Origin: Parcubacteria group bacterium GW2011_GWA2_42_14
GTDB taxonomy: Bacteria; Patescibacteriota; Minisyncoccia; Sungbacterales; GWA2-42-14
Reading direction: 5' to 3'
NCBI GenBank assembly: GCA_000998135.1
Contig: LCCV01000004.1
Coordinates: 85,681-149,680, forward strand
DNA: 64,000 bases
Shown: piece after piece, positions 9,024 to 17,603 of the stretch
Layout of the letters: every line of letters begins with the position of its first letter
Position numbering within the stretch: position 1 is the first letter of the stretch
Notes under the pieces: generated by a model
The model's database searches: none
What the model was told of the DNA's origin: nothing
Seen by the model: the letters and a program-made list of their open reading frames with translations, nothing else
Translations under genes and position numbers: made by a program

Positions 9024-9103
9024 GTCATTCTGAGCGAAGCGAAGAATCTCGTGTTTAAGCCAGTTTCGAAAGATAGAGATTCTTCACAAAGTTCAGAATG
9101 ACA
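9024..9103. repeat. hairpin repeat family A copy (GTCATTCTGAGCGAAGCGAAGAATCTC ... TTCAGAATGAC)
   Basis: Inverted termini gtcattctgagc / ttcagaatgac. Related copies at 19505, 25627, 27205, 31037, 38445 and 41879. Confidence 0.7.
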
Positions 9104-9180
9104 TTTTCGGACAATCTGTTCAATTTCGGCTGTTGATAAAAAGGTTTATTTTTCTCGGTTTTTTTTGTATAATTAAAGAT

Positions 9181-10104
9181 ATGGCAGGAATGAATAAAAA
9201 AAGCATTTATCGGTTTGGCGTTGCTTTGGCTGTTTTGCTTTTTATTTTTGGCCTAAGTTATTTTGCGGGAAATGATGAATCGTTTTTGAATTTTAAGCCA
9301 TCGGTTGAAGTCGGTATTTTTTCTTTGTCGCCGCGCGGTCCTTCGGGCGGCCTGATTATTCCCGCTTCCTGCCCTTCTTATGAGCATTATCCGGGAGAGT
9401 GTACGGCGCCGCCGTCGCCATTTGCCGATATTAGAGCGAATGCCACCGGTGATCCGAACTGGGTAAATGGTTCAGACGGGCCGCTTTCTATTGTAAATAA
9501 TACGGCGGTTACTGTTACTTGGATATCTAGTGACGCTGGTTCTTGCACTGTTACAAAAAACGGCGGCGCTTGTAGTCTTGGTTCGGATAGTTGTACAGCG
9601 TTAAATCTTGACCCCGGTACGCTTAATAATTCCGGTTCGCTTACCGGAGGACCGTTTAGATACAGCATAAATTGTAGTGGAGCAAGTGATGCTGTGAATA
9701 TAAGTATTCAGACGATTAATGCCTGCACCGACGGTTTGGATAATGACGGTGATGGTTTGCGGGATTGGGATGACGGTATTGCCAACGGCGTTATGCCTCC
9801 TGCCGGTTTTTCGGCTGACCCGGGATGCACTAGTTCTTCTGATACAGACGAAGTCAATAGATACGTTTGCAGTCAGGGAGTTTGTTCTTCTGCTGAAGGA
9901 GTCGGCATTAATAACGGCGGATGTTCTTATAATAGATTATCTGCCCGTTGCGCCCTAACCCAGTGCAATGACGGTATTGATAATGATGGCGACGGAAAAA
10001 CGGATTTTCCGGCGGATTTAGGATGCACCAGCGTAAATGACAACAATGAAGGAAATATTCCGGGGATTTTCAAAGAGTGCGACCCGGGACTGTTGACTTG
10101 TTAA
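9181..10104 (+). CDS. secreted Cys-rich protein with two C-x-DG-[LI]-DNDGDG (thrombospondin-type-3-like putative Ca/metal-binding) motifs
   Basis: Signal peptide. Contains CTDGLDNDGDGLRDWDD and CNDGIDNDGDGKTDFPADLGCTS. Many paired Cys. Start ATG at 9181 chosen (MAGMNKKS). Confidence 0.5.
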   Translation: MAGMNKKSIYRFGVALAVLLFIFGLSYFAGNDESFLNFKPSVEVGIFSLSPRGPSGGLIIPASCPSYEHYPGECTAPPSPFADIRANATGDPNWVNGSDGPLSIVNNTAVTVTWISSDAGSCTVTKNGGACSLGSDSCTALNLDPGTLNNSGSLTGGPFRYSINCSGASDAVNISIQTINACTDGLDNDGDGLRDWDDGIANGVMPPAGFSADPGCTSSSDTDEVNRYVCSQGVCSSAEGVGINNGGCSYNRLSARCALTQCNDGIDNDGDGKTDFPADLGCTSVNDNNEGNIPGIFKECDPGLLTC

Positions 10105-10167
10105 TAAATAGTCGCTAAACAATCGCTAATTTTGTCGCGAATTTTCTCTAAAAGACCGTTGAATAAT

Positions 10168-10285
10168 TATTTTACTCCCCGAGCAGAGTCGAGGGGTTAC
10201 TTTATTTAAAGCCCAAAAGTTTATGGTGAGTTAATCGAACCATTATCTTTCGATAAACTCAGGGAATAACTTTTGAGCTGTTATG
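10168..10285. repeat. palindromic element, family D copy 3 (inverted relative to copy 2)
   Basis: Reverse complement of the 6955-7068 element. Together with it, brackets the 7085-10104 gene block. Confidence 0.7.
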
Positions 10286-10358
10286 CAACGGTATCTCTAA
10301 TGCGGGTAGACAATACCCGTATTTTATTGTAAGCTTAAAAAAGTATAAAAATGAAAAT

Positions 10359-10430
10359 GCCGGAGTAGCTCAGTGGCAGAGCAACGCATTCGTAACGCGT
10401 AGGTCGTGGGTTCGACTCCCATCTCCGGCT
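10359..10430 (+). tRNA. tRNA-Thr (anticodon CGU)
   Basis: Cloverleaf read by eye: acceptor GCCGGAG/CTCCGGC, D arm GCTC-AGTGGCA-GAGC, anticodon loop TTCGTAA, T arm GTGGG-TTCGACT-CCCAT, discriminator T. One A-C mismatch at the base of the anticodon stem. No encoded CCA. Confidence 0.65.
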
Positions 10431-10467
10431 ATTTCATTTTTTATGTTTTTATGTTAATATAATAACG

Positions 10468-11677
10468 ATGGAAGAACTGAAGGAAAAACTCGCAGAATTG
10501 GAAAATAAAGCCCGCGAATTGGCGGACCGTCTTTGACTTGCCTAAAAAAGAGCTGGAAATTTCGGAAATTGAAAAAGCTATGGGTATTGCCGGATTTTGG
10601 GAAGATAAGAAGCGGGCGCGGGAAATGAGTCAGGAATTAGCCGTTCTTAAGAAAGAAAAAGAGCGTTGGGACGTATTTTTTGATGAAATAAAGACGCTCA
10701 AGGAATTGTTGGAAATTTTAGTTCACCCCGTTAGAAGTCCGGCAATGGCTTCTTTGAGCGGAAAGGAAGGCGAAGCCGACTTAGGCCTTAGTCCATCTTC
10801 CAACAAAAGCGCTTTTCAGACTTCTAATGGGGCAAAAGACGAGCAGATTATTAAGGAAATTGAGGAGAGAATTAAAATCATTGAAAAAAATTTAAAAATA
10901 GTTGAAATTGAAACATTATTTGCCGGAAAATACGATAAAGGCAACGCGGTTTTGTCGGTCTATGCCGGAGCCGGAGGAAAGGATTCGGAAGATTGGGCCG
11001 CACTTCTTTTGAGAATGTACCGCAGATTTGCCGAAAAAAAAGGATGGAAGTCGCGAACCCTTCACGAGCATTGGGGAGAATCCAGCGGGCCTGCCGGCTG
11101 GGGAATAAAAAACGCGACGATTTTAATAGAAGCGCCATTTTCCTACGGATATTTGAAAAATGAATCGGGTGTGCACCGGTTGGTGCGTATTTCGCCTTTT
11201 TCCAGTCAGAGTTTGCGCCATACTTCTTTTGCCTTGGTTGATGTCATGCCAGAATTTGTGGCTCCGGAAGAAGTTGAAATAAATCCTGATGATTTAAAAA
11301 TAGATTTTTTCCGTTCATCCGGTCCGGGAGGGCAGAACGTGAACAAGCGCGAAACCGCGGTGCGCATAACTCATCTTCCGACCGGTTTGCAGGCGGCCTC
11401 ACAATCCGAAAGAACACAGGAGAGAAATCGCGAAATTGCCATGGAACTTTTGCGTTCGCGCCTTTATGCTTTTAAGTTAAAACAACAGGAACAGGAAAGA
11501 CAGGGTGTACGCAAAGAAAAAGTCGCCATAGAATGGGGCTCGCAAATCCGTTCTTACGTAATGCATCCGTATCAAATGGTAAAGGACCATAGGACGGAGG
11601 TTGAAACATCAAATATTGAAAAAGTTTTGGATGGAGGGCTGGATGAGTTTATTGATGCAGAACTTCATAAATCATGA
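10468..11677 (+). CDS. prfB: peptide chain release factor 2 with programmed +1 ribosomal frameshift (CTT TGA C at 10531-10537)
   Basis: ORF1 (MEELKEKLAELENKARELADRL) ends at an in-frame TGA in the canonical CUU UGA C context. The +1 frame continues as DLPKKELEISEIEKAMG... and contains SPF-like and GGQ (SGPGGQNVNK) motifs. Carries an extra ~36 aa from the family B element. Confidence 0.85.
10726..10832. repeat. family B palindromic element inserted in-frame within prfB
   Basis: Terminal inverted repeats ccccgttagaagtcc / gacttctaatgggg. Encodes HPVRSPAMASLSGKEGEADLGLSPSSNKSAFQTSNG within the RF2 ORF. Confidence 0.7.
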
Positions 11678-11739
11678 AACATAAAACTTGAAACATAAAT
11701 TTTTTATGTTTCAGGTTTCAGGTTTCAGGTTTCAAAAAG

Positions 11740-12420
11740 TTGATTTTTTTTGATAATGTATCCAAAATTTATACTCCCACATCGGCGGCGTTGAAAAACG
11801 TTACTCTTAGAATTATGCCCAAAGAATTCGTTTCCATCGTGGGGGCCTCGGGCGCCGGAAAAACCACGCTTTTAAAAATGCTCATAGCCGAAGAAAAGCC
11901 GTCGGAGGGCAGGATTTTTTTGGACGGCATTGAAATAACCGGTTTATCGTATCGGGAATTGCCCAAAGTGCGGCGCAGAATCGGCACGGTTTTTCAGGAT
12001 TATAAGCTATTGCCTCAAAAAACCTCTTTTGAAAATATTGCCTTTGCCATGGAGGCGGCCGGTTTAGCTGATGAAGAAATTAAAGAAAGCGTCCCCCAAG
12101 TTCTTGAACTTGTCGGACTTTTGGATAAATCAGACAGTTTCCCGCATGAACTTTCCGGAGGAGAAAAACAAAGAGTGGCTATTGCCCGTGCTTTGGTGAA
12201 TCGCCCGGAAGTAATTATGGCTGACGAGCCGACCGGGAATTTAGACCCCATCAACACCTGGGAAATTGTAAAACTTCTTGTTAAGATAAATGAATTGGGA
12301 ACAACCGTGATTTTGGCAACGCATAACAAGGAAATCGTTGATGACCTCGGCCGAAGGGTGGTAGCATTGGAGAACGGCCAGATTGTGATGGATGAAGAGA
12401 AAGGAAAATATGTTATTTAA
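11740..12420 (+). CDS. ftsE: cell-division ABC ATPase FtsE
   Basis: Walker A GASGAGKTT, signature [15 protein letters not shown], Walker B IMADEP. 226 aa. Followed by ftsX. Confidence 0.8.
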   Translation: MIFFDNVSKIYTPTSAALKNVTLRIMPKEFVSIVGASGAGKTTLLKMLIAEEKPSEGRIFLDGIEITGLSYRELPKVRRRIGTVFQDYKLLPQKTSFENIAFAMEAAGLADEEIKESVPQVLELVGLLDKSDSFPHELSGGEKQRVAIARALVNRPEVIMADEPTGNLDPINTWEIVKLLVKINELGTTVILATHNKEIVDDLGRRVVALENGQIVMDEEKGKYVI

Positions 12421-12512
12421 ATCGCCAATCCGTCGCTAATTTTTTCGCGAATGGTTCGACGAGCTCACCACAGGCATTCGCGAATGAAATTCGAGATTGA
12501 TTAGTGATTATT
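12421..12512. repeat. palindromic element family C copy 1 (…ttcgcgaatgGTTCGACGAGCTCACCACAGGcattcgcgaa…gattgattag)
   Basis: Near-identical copy at 27996-28082. Partial copies at 10105-10140 and 39700-39730. Confidence 0.7.
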
Positions 12513-12538
12513 GTATTTTGAAGTCAACTTTCAACAGA

Positions 12539-13423
12539 ATGCTCAAATCTTCCTGGCTCTCGTTTTCCAGAAACGGCTGGCTTTCCACGGCTACGATTTT
12601 GGTAATGACTCTGGCCCTTTTTGTAATCGGCGGCTTGATGCTCGCGGGCGTCCTAAGCCAGGTTGTTTTGGGGGAACTTGAAGATAAGATTGATATTGCC
12701 GTTTATTTTTATCCCAATTCATCCGAAGTTGATATTTTTAACATTAAAGACAGTATTGCCGCTCTGCCCGAAGTAAAAGAAGTAACTTATATTTCGCAGG
12801 AGCAGGCCCTGCTGGAGTTCAAGGAGCGCCACAAAACAGACCAGGTTATTTTGGGGTCTTTGGAAGAACTTGACGGAAATCCGCTTGAGGCAACTATAAA
12901 CATAAAAACCAAAGATCCATCCCGTTTTGCTGACATTGCCGGTTTTATAAAAGATAAAAAATATCCGATTGTTGATAAGATAAATTATTTTGAAAATCAG
13001 GTTGTCATAGACAAGCTTTCCAATATCATGTCTTCGGTAAGGAATACCGGTCTTGGCATAATTTTGGTTTTGGCCCTTGTTGCGGTTCTGGTAGCTTTTA
13101 ACACGGTCCGCATTGCCATTTGGTCCGCTAGAGAAGAAATAAATATTATGCGCCTGGTCGGAGCTTCTTCATGGTTTGTTCGCGGGCCGTTTATATTTGA
13201 AGGCGTTATTCACGGCGTTACTTCCGGAGGGCTGGCTTCTTTGCTTTTTTATCCAGCTTTGTGGGTTTTGTCGCCGAAACTTTTGGTGGTTGTTCCTTCC
13301 ATAGACCTTTATGCGTATTTCCAGAATAATTTTCTTCAATTTGCCGGAATTTTAATGGGTACCGGCGTGGTGCTGGGAGTTTTTTCCAGTTTTATCGCTA
13401 TCCGTAAATATTTGAAAGTATAG
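12539..13423 (+). CDS. ftsX: cell-division permease-like protein FtsX
   Basis: Downstream of ftsE. N-terminal transmembrane segment, periplasmic domain, three C-terminal transmembrane segments. Start ATG at ~12539 preferred over the track TTG at 12497, which lies inside repeat C. Confidence 0.7.
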   Translation: MLKSSWLSFSRNGWLSTATILVMTLALFVIGGLMLAGVLSQVVLGELEDKIDIAVYFYPNSSEVDIFNIKDSIAALPEVKEVTYISQEQALLEFKERHKTDQVILGSLEELDGNPLEATINIKTKDPSRFADIAGFIKDKKYPIVDKINYFENQVVIDKLSNIMSSVRNTGLGIILVLALVAVLVAFNTVRIAIWSAREEINIMRLVGASSWFVRGPFIFEGVIHGVTSGGLASLLFYPALWVLSPKLLVVVPSIDLYAYFQNNFLQFAGILMGTGVVLGVFSSFIAIRKYLKV

Positions 13424-13465
13424 GTAGTTGGAATTTTAAATTTTTCCAAAATAATGCTAATATAA

Positions 13466-13493
13466 AAACGCCTTTTCTTTTAGGGCGTTTTAT
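13466..13493 (+). terminator. rho-independent terminator aacgcc-ttttcttttag-ggcgtt + T-run
   Basis: Hairpin then TATATTT immediately after ftsX. Confidence 0.55.
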
Positions 13494-13645
13494 ATTTATA
13501 GTGAGTACGCTGAATCGTTGCGGGATCGTCTAATGGTAGAAAAAGTTTTCAGTGCGTGGTAGAGTAGATGTATGCCTAGAAATTTGAATAAAGGACTGAC
13601 TAAACATACGCATCCTTCTCTTTTCAAAATTTCACAAACAATGAA

Positions 13646-14141
13646 ATGGCCACATTGAATCTTTCAAGAACCGAACGGCTTCTCATAGCGGCAAACAGTG
13701 ATAACAAGGGATTTATAAAAAGATATTCTGGGCTTATTTTGAACGTCATTCAAAAACAACCGACGGTAGCAAAAGTAAAAAATGTGAAGTGTTTCCGAAT
13801 CAGTGTATATGAAAAATATATTAGTAAGCGGCTTGGTATACCGATTGGTGCTCGTAAAAATAAAAAGATAGAAATTCCTAACCGGATTTTAAAAAGCGAG
13901 GTTAACATAATAAGGTATCTCCGAGGGCTATACGAGGCGGAAGGGAGTTTTTGTGTGCATAAGGCCACGAGTACATATAAATTTCTTTTCTTCTAGGAAT
14001 AAATCTCTTATTAGAAATGTAGAAATGTTATTAAGAAGGTTAAACTTTCATCTTCATATCAGTAGTCATCAAGTACAGATTTCGAAAAAAGAAGAATTCT
14101 ATAGAGCCATTGATTTGTTAAAATTTCGCTATTATGTATAG
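13646..14141 (+). pseudogene. LAGLIDADG-family homing endonuclease gene disrupted by a frameshift
   Basis: Two overlapping ORFs in different frames (13646-13996, 13953-14141). The first carries a LAGLIDADG-like block YLRGLYEAEGSF and an upstream LLIAANSDNKGFI block. The second continues a homing-endonuclease-like C-terminus. Confidence 0.55.
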
Positions 14142-14163
14142 AAAGTTTTCTTGCGCCTATGCC

Positions 14164-14234
14164 TGCCGGGTCGGCTAACGGTAGGCCTCGAGACTCTGAA
14201 TCTCGCTATCTTGGTTCGAATCCAAGCCCGGCAG
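14164..14234 (+). tRNA. tRNA-Gln (anticodon CUG)
   Basis: U1:A72 acceptor TGCCGGG/CCCGGCA typical of bacterial tRNA-Gln. Anticodon arm CGAGA-CTCTGAA-TCTCG. T arm CTTGG-TTCGAAT-CCAAG. Discriminator G. No CCA. Confidence 0.8.
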
Positions 14235-14304
14235 GCATAGGCGGAAGTGTTTGAGAGAAAAATAAGTAGTTTAAATTATAATTAGGGATTCCACGAGGGG
14301 CGGA

Positions 14305-14324
14305 ATCGAATCCAAGCCCCGCAG
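14305..14324 (+). repeat. partial direct duplicate of the tRNA-Gln 3' end (tcgaatccaagccc..gcag)
   Basis: 14/14 identity with the tRNA T-arm/acceptor segment, ~70 nt downstream of the tRNA. Resembles an att-site scar. Confidence 0.5.
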
Positions 14325-14391
14325 TTTTAGGTTTAAACGAATGATATGGCAAAAGTAATTTATAAGTATTATTAAAATAATTATTTAATCT

Positions 14392-15228
14392 ATGAACAAT
14401 ATGTTAAAAAATTTTTTTTCTCGGATACGGTCAAGTTTTTATGACCCAAATTTCTATAATGGCGTGAAAAGCCAGCCGCTTAAGCAGGCACTGTATTTTC
14501 TACTTGGGCTTTGTGTTATCGGGGCGCTTGCTATTTCAATCAAGGTAGCGGTGGTTTTTACTCCGATGGTTAAAGATTTTTTGGACGGAAGTTTCCTTAA
14601 CAGTATTCCCGCAGAACTTGAGGTAGTGATTAAAGACGGGAAGGCGTCAACAAATGTTTTTGAGCCTTACTATATATCCGTTGACGGGAAAGAGGAGTCA
14701 ACGGAAAAATTTAAAAATATTTTAGTAATTGACAGGAGTGGCGGGGATTCAATTGACCTTCTTGAAAAGCATAGGGCATTCGCCGTTTTGACGGAAACGC
14801 GGTTGTTTGTTCAAAAAGAGAGCGGAAGTGAAATCAGAGTTCTGTCTCTTTCAAATTTTCCAAACATGACCATTAGTAGGGAAAGCGTGGCGGGGCTGCT
14901 TCAAAAATACCGGGTATATGCGTATCCCGTGATGGCTCTTGGTTTAGTTGGCGCCATTGTCGGAATCACTTTATTTTCGTTCGGGTTTTATGCGTTTATG
15001 CTTCTGCTTTTCGCCCTTGCAGTACTTATTATCGCAAAAGTTAAAAAAGTGTCGCTTTCATACGCTGAATGTTACAAAATCGGTGCGTTTGCAATAGGAC
15101 CCGCCATTGTTGCGGACGTCATTAAGGATATATTAGGAATACACCAATATTCATGGTGGTTGCTTTTCTCCCTCTTCGTTATCGTTGTTTTCCTGAATGT
15201 TCAAAAAGAGGAAGAGAGCAAGGAGTAA
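14392..15228 (+). CDS. hypothetical integral membrane protein
   Basis: N-terminal transmembrane segment plus three C-terminal transmembrane segments. AT-rich gene. Confidence 0.45.
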   Translation: MNNMLKNFFSRIRSSFYDPNFYNGVKSQPLKQALYFLLGLCVIGALAISIKVAVVFTPMVKDFLDGSFLNSIPAELEVVIKDGKASTNVFEPYYISVDGKEESTEKFKNILVIDRSGGDSIDLLEKHRAFAVLTETRLFVQKESGSEIRVLSLSNFPNMTISRESVAGLLQKYRVYAYPVMALGLVGAIVGITLFSFGFYAFMLLLFALAVLIIAKVKKVSLSYAECYKIGAFAIGPAIVADVIKDILGIHQYSWWLLFSLFVIVVFLNVQKEEESKE

Positions 15229-15452
15229 AATCCGTTGCTATGTTTAAAAAGGATGCTTGACACCAATTAATTCAGACTGTGGCAGTCAGCTATTTTTCGT
15301 TAGGGCTAAGAACATTGAATCGTGGTGTAAGAGTGTTACGAAGCTTTAGCGAAGTATATCAAGCTATGCAATTTTGTATGCAAGTTGAACATAAAAATGA
15401 TAACTGACGCCAATATCCGTTATTCTGATACGGATATGCTAATTAAGTTAAA

Positions 15453-16286
15453 ATGGAAAAACCAGAAACATATATTCCGGTAATAAGACATTTTGAGGAT
15501 ATTGATGATCTTTTAAATTTTGGGCGTGATGGTAATTTAGTTCCCGGACAAGAAAGCAAGGCTGTTCTCATTGCTCAAGACATATATACTGAAGCGAAAA
15601 AAGAAGGTAAGGGCGCGGTCATGTTTATTTGCTCAAACAAAAAAAGAGCGATCCAAACAGCAGATTTGATTGTCGGGGAGTTAAGAAAAGTAGATGATAA
15701 GCTAAAACTTAGGATAGTTGCAGAAAAAAATTTGGATGCCATACAGCAGGGAAAGCCCATATTGCCGCCCGATTATAAGCCCGGGGATAAATTTATAGGA
15801 TTTGACCTTGCAAATAAAATATTTACAAAAGAGGTGTTTGCTTTTGATGACGGCAACCATCTTTACAAATTTGGAGACCCCGTTTTGCAAGATGACGGAA
15901 GTTATAAATATCCAGAATTAGTTCCTTATTTTGAAAGTTATGGCGAAAGTAATAGAGATTTATTGCTTAGAATTTATGACCTGATTGTCAGAATTTATGA
16001 AAAACTTGATAAACTAAATTCGAAAACAGAAGTAGTTGTTGTAACACATGCGCAACTTTATCAGATATTTAGAGATCTGAACATGGTGGCGAATATGGTC
16101 AAAAATGAAGAGTTAGAGCTTGTAACCGGTGAATTGCCTAAATTGTGCTGGAATTTATATTCCGAAAGGTTCAAGAACGAAAAGCCGACGTATGGCATTA
16201 ACTATATTTCAATAGAAAATTTACGTGACCCTGAAATGATCGGCTTATTAAAAAAAGAAATAGAACACTTAAAAAATTTAAAATAA
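15453..16286 (+). CDS. histidine phosphatase superfamily (PGAM-like) protein, putative
   Basis: N-terminal IPVIRHFED (RHxE-like) and a later VVVVTHAQL (second catalytic His context). Weak assignment. Confidence 0.4.
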   Translation: MEKPETYIPVIRHFEDIDDLLNFGRDGNLVPGQESKAVLIAQDIYTEAKKEGKGAVMFICSNKKRAIQTADLIVGELRKVDDKLKLRIVAEKNLDAIQQGKPILPPDYKPGDKFIGFDLANKIFTKEVFAFDDGNHLYKFGDPVLQDDGSYKYPELVPYFESYGESNRDLLLRIYDLIVRIYEKLDKLNSKTEVVVVTHAQLYQIFRDLNMVANMVKNEELELVTGELPKLCWNLYSERFKNEKPTYGINYISIENLRDPEMIGLLKKEIEHLKNLK

Positions 16287-16293
16287 TAAAATT

Positions 16294-16779
16294 ATGAGCG
16301 ATAAATCAACACAAAAGATGAATACTAAATTTGTTGGACACCACGTTTCTTCCGGTGGCTTTATTTTCTATAAAGATAAAAAAAGGGGGGAGCTTTTTGT
16401 GCTACTTACTAAAAACAAAAAGAATGAGTACTGGATACCAAAAGGGCATATTGAAGAGAATGAAGATCATGTAGTTGCCGCTTCCAGAGAGATAGAAGAG
16501 GAAGTTGGATTAAATAAAAACCAGATGGCATATGTGGGCCTTAGCCATCTTTATAAATTTTCTTTTGCCGACGATAAGGGAAATCCAAATACCAAAGAAA
16601 TTTATATGAATGTTTTTGAGGCAAGGGAAAAGTATGATTTGAACATGGAACAAGGTGAAACAGATATTAGAGATGCGGAATGGTTTGAGTATTCAAAAGC
16701 TCTGGAGACAATCTTGCCCTTTAGTAAGAACGAATTGGTTGGGGCAAGGGAAATGTTCGAAAAATATCTACAAAAATAG
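16294..16779 (+). CDS. NUDIX hydrolase
   Basis: Nudix box GHIEENEDHVVAASREIEEEVGL (Gx5Ex7REUxEExGU). Confidence 0.7.
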   Translation: MSDKSTQKMNTKFVGHHVSSGGFIFYKDKKRGELFVLLTKNKKNEYWIPKGHIEENEDHVVAASREIEEEVGLNKNQMAYVGLSHLYKFSFADDKGNPNTKEIYMNVFEAREKYDLNMEQGETDIRDAEWFEYSKALETILPFSKNELVGAREMFEKYLQK

Positions 16780-16789
16780 TATTCATTTT

Positions 16790-17500
16790 ATGAGTAAAGA
16801 TTTTGAAAGTATAAAAAAAGTTTTACCAATCCAACCTTTCGCGAAAGACCTGGTTTGTTTCATTGTTTTTGGGTCTAGTGTTGTTAATAATAATATGGGA
16901 AAAATGCCTGACGATGCGGATATATGTGTTGTTGTAAATAATCGTGAGGCAGATTTACGTAAGATTTCAGAATTTATATTCGACCATTTTAAAAAACCAG
17001 ATTTCAGAATATATTTTCAAGATGAAATAGATAGTAATTTACAATTCATGGATGTTGGAGTTGGTGTTTTTGCGATGGAATATTTTGCGAATGGCATCTC
17101 ATTGTTTGGCGAGAATATTTTTATTAAAAAGTTATTAAAAATAAATAAGTCTAAGCTGAAAGAAAGTTATTTAAACAAAATTTTTGAATATATTATACGA
17201 ATAAGAGTGGCTTACATTTCAAAAAATTCAACGTATAAATATAAGATGTGGCATATCTATAAATATGTCATACGCCTCTCAATAGACATTTTGCTCTACA
17301 ATGGTTATATTGTTTATGGTGATTTGAAAGGTTTGACAAAGTATGAAATTTTTAATTTGTGTAAAAAACATAATATCGTTAAAAAAAGTACTGTGATAGA
17401 TTTTGATAATCTGGAGAAAATGTATGAATTATTTAAAGAAATAAATATATATGTTGTAAATTCTCATACCGGCAAAATTAAAACTAAAATTAATAGCTAG
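16790..17500 (+). CDS. nucleotidyltransferase (Pol-beta superfamily) domain protein
   Basis: Motif FGSSVVNNNMGKMPDDADICVV (GS...DxD). Start ATG at 16790 chosen to avoid overlap with the NUDIX gene. Confidence 0.5.
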   Translation: MSKDFESIKKVLPIQPFAKDLVCFIVFGSSVVNNNMGKMPDDADICVVVNNREADLRKISEFIFDHFKKPDFRIYFQDEIDSNLQFMDVGVGVFAMEYFANGISLFGENIFIKKLLKINKSKLKESYLNKIFEYIIRIRVAYISKNSTYKYKMWHIYKYVIRLSIDILLYNGYIVYGDLKGLTKYEIFNLCKKHNIVKKSTVIDFDNLEKMYELFKEINIYVVNSHTGKIKTKINS

Positions 17501-17584
17501 GCCTTACAACAAAAAGTTACAAATGTATGTGCGTGGTCTTAATGCAGGAGGTTCGATACCGGAGCGGTTAGTTATAGCATTTTT

Positions 17585-17603
17585 TAGACACCATCGGTGT
17601 CTA
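17585..17603. terminator. bidirectional hairpin tagacacc-atc-ggtgtcta flanked by T/A runs
   Basis: Perfect 8-bp stem with TTTTT upstream and AAAAAA downstream. Confidence 0.5.

Noticed and set aside
11695-11735. Short tandem gtttcag ×3 with flanking gaaacataaa/tttatgtttc inverted repeat, considered as a mini CRISPR-like or satellite array
   Set aside because: There are only three 7-nt units and no spacers. It is best explained as a terminator/hairpin after prfB.
13500-14160. Group I intron hosting the LAGLIDADG ORF
   Set aside because: No host gene is interrupted, since tRNA-Gln is intact and downstream. I could not recognise the conserved P/Q/R/S core or P7 pairing by eye. I left it as a free-standing, frameshifted homing-endonuclease gene, pending an Infernal search.
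16655-16789. Track ORF start at 16655 overlapping the NUDIX gene by 125 nt
   Set aside because: The overlap is produced by an open frame. The plausible start is the ATG at 16790, just after the NUDIX stop.
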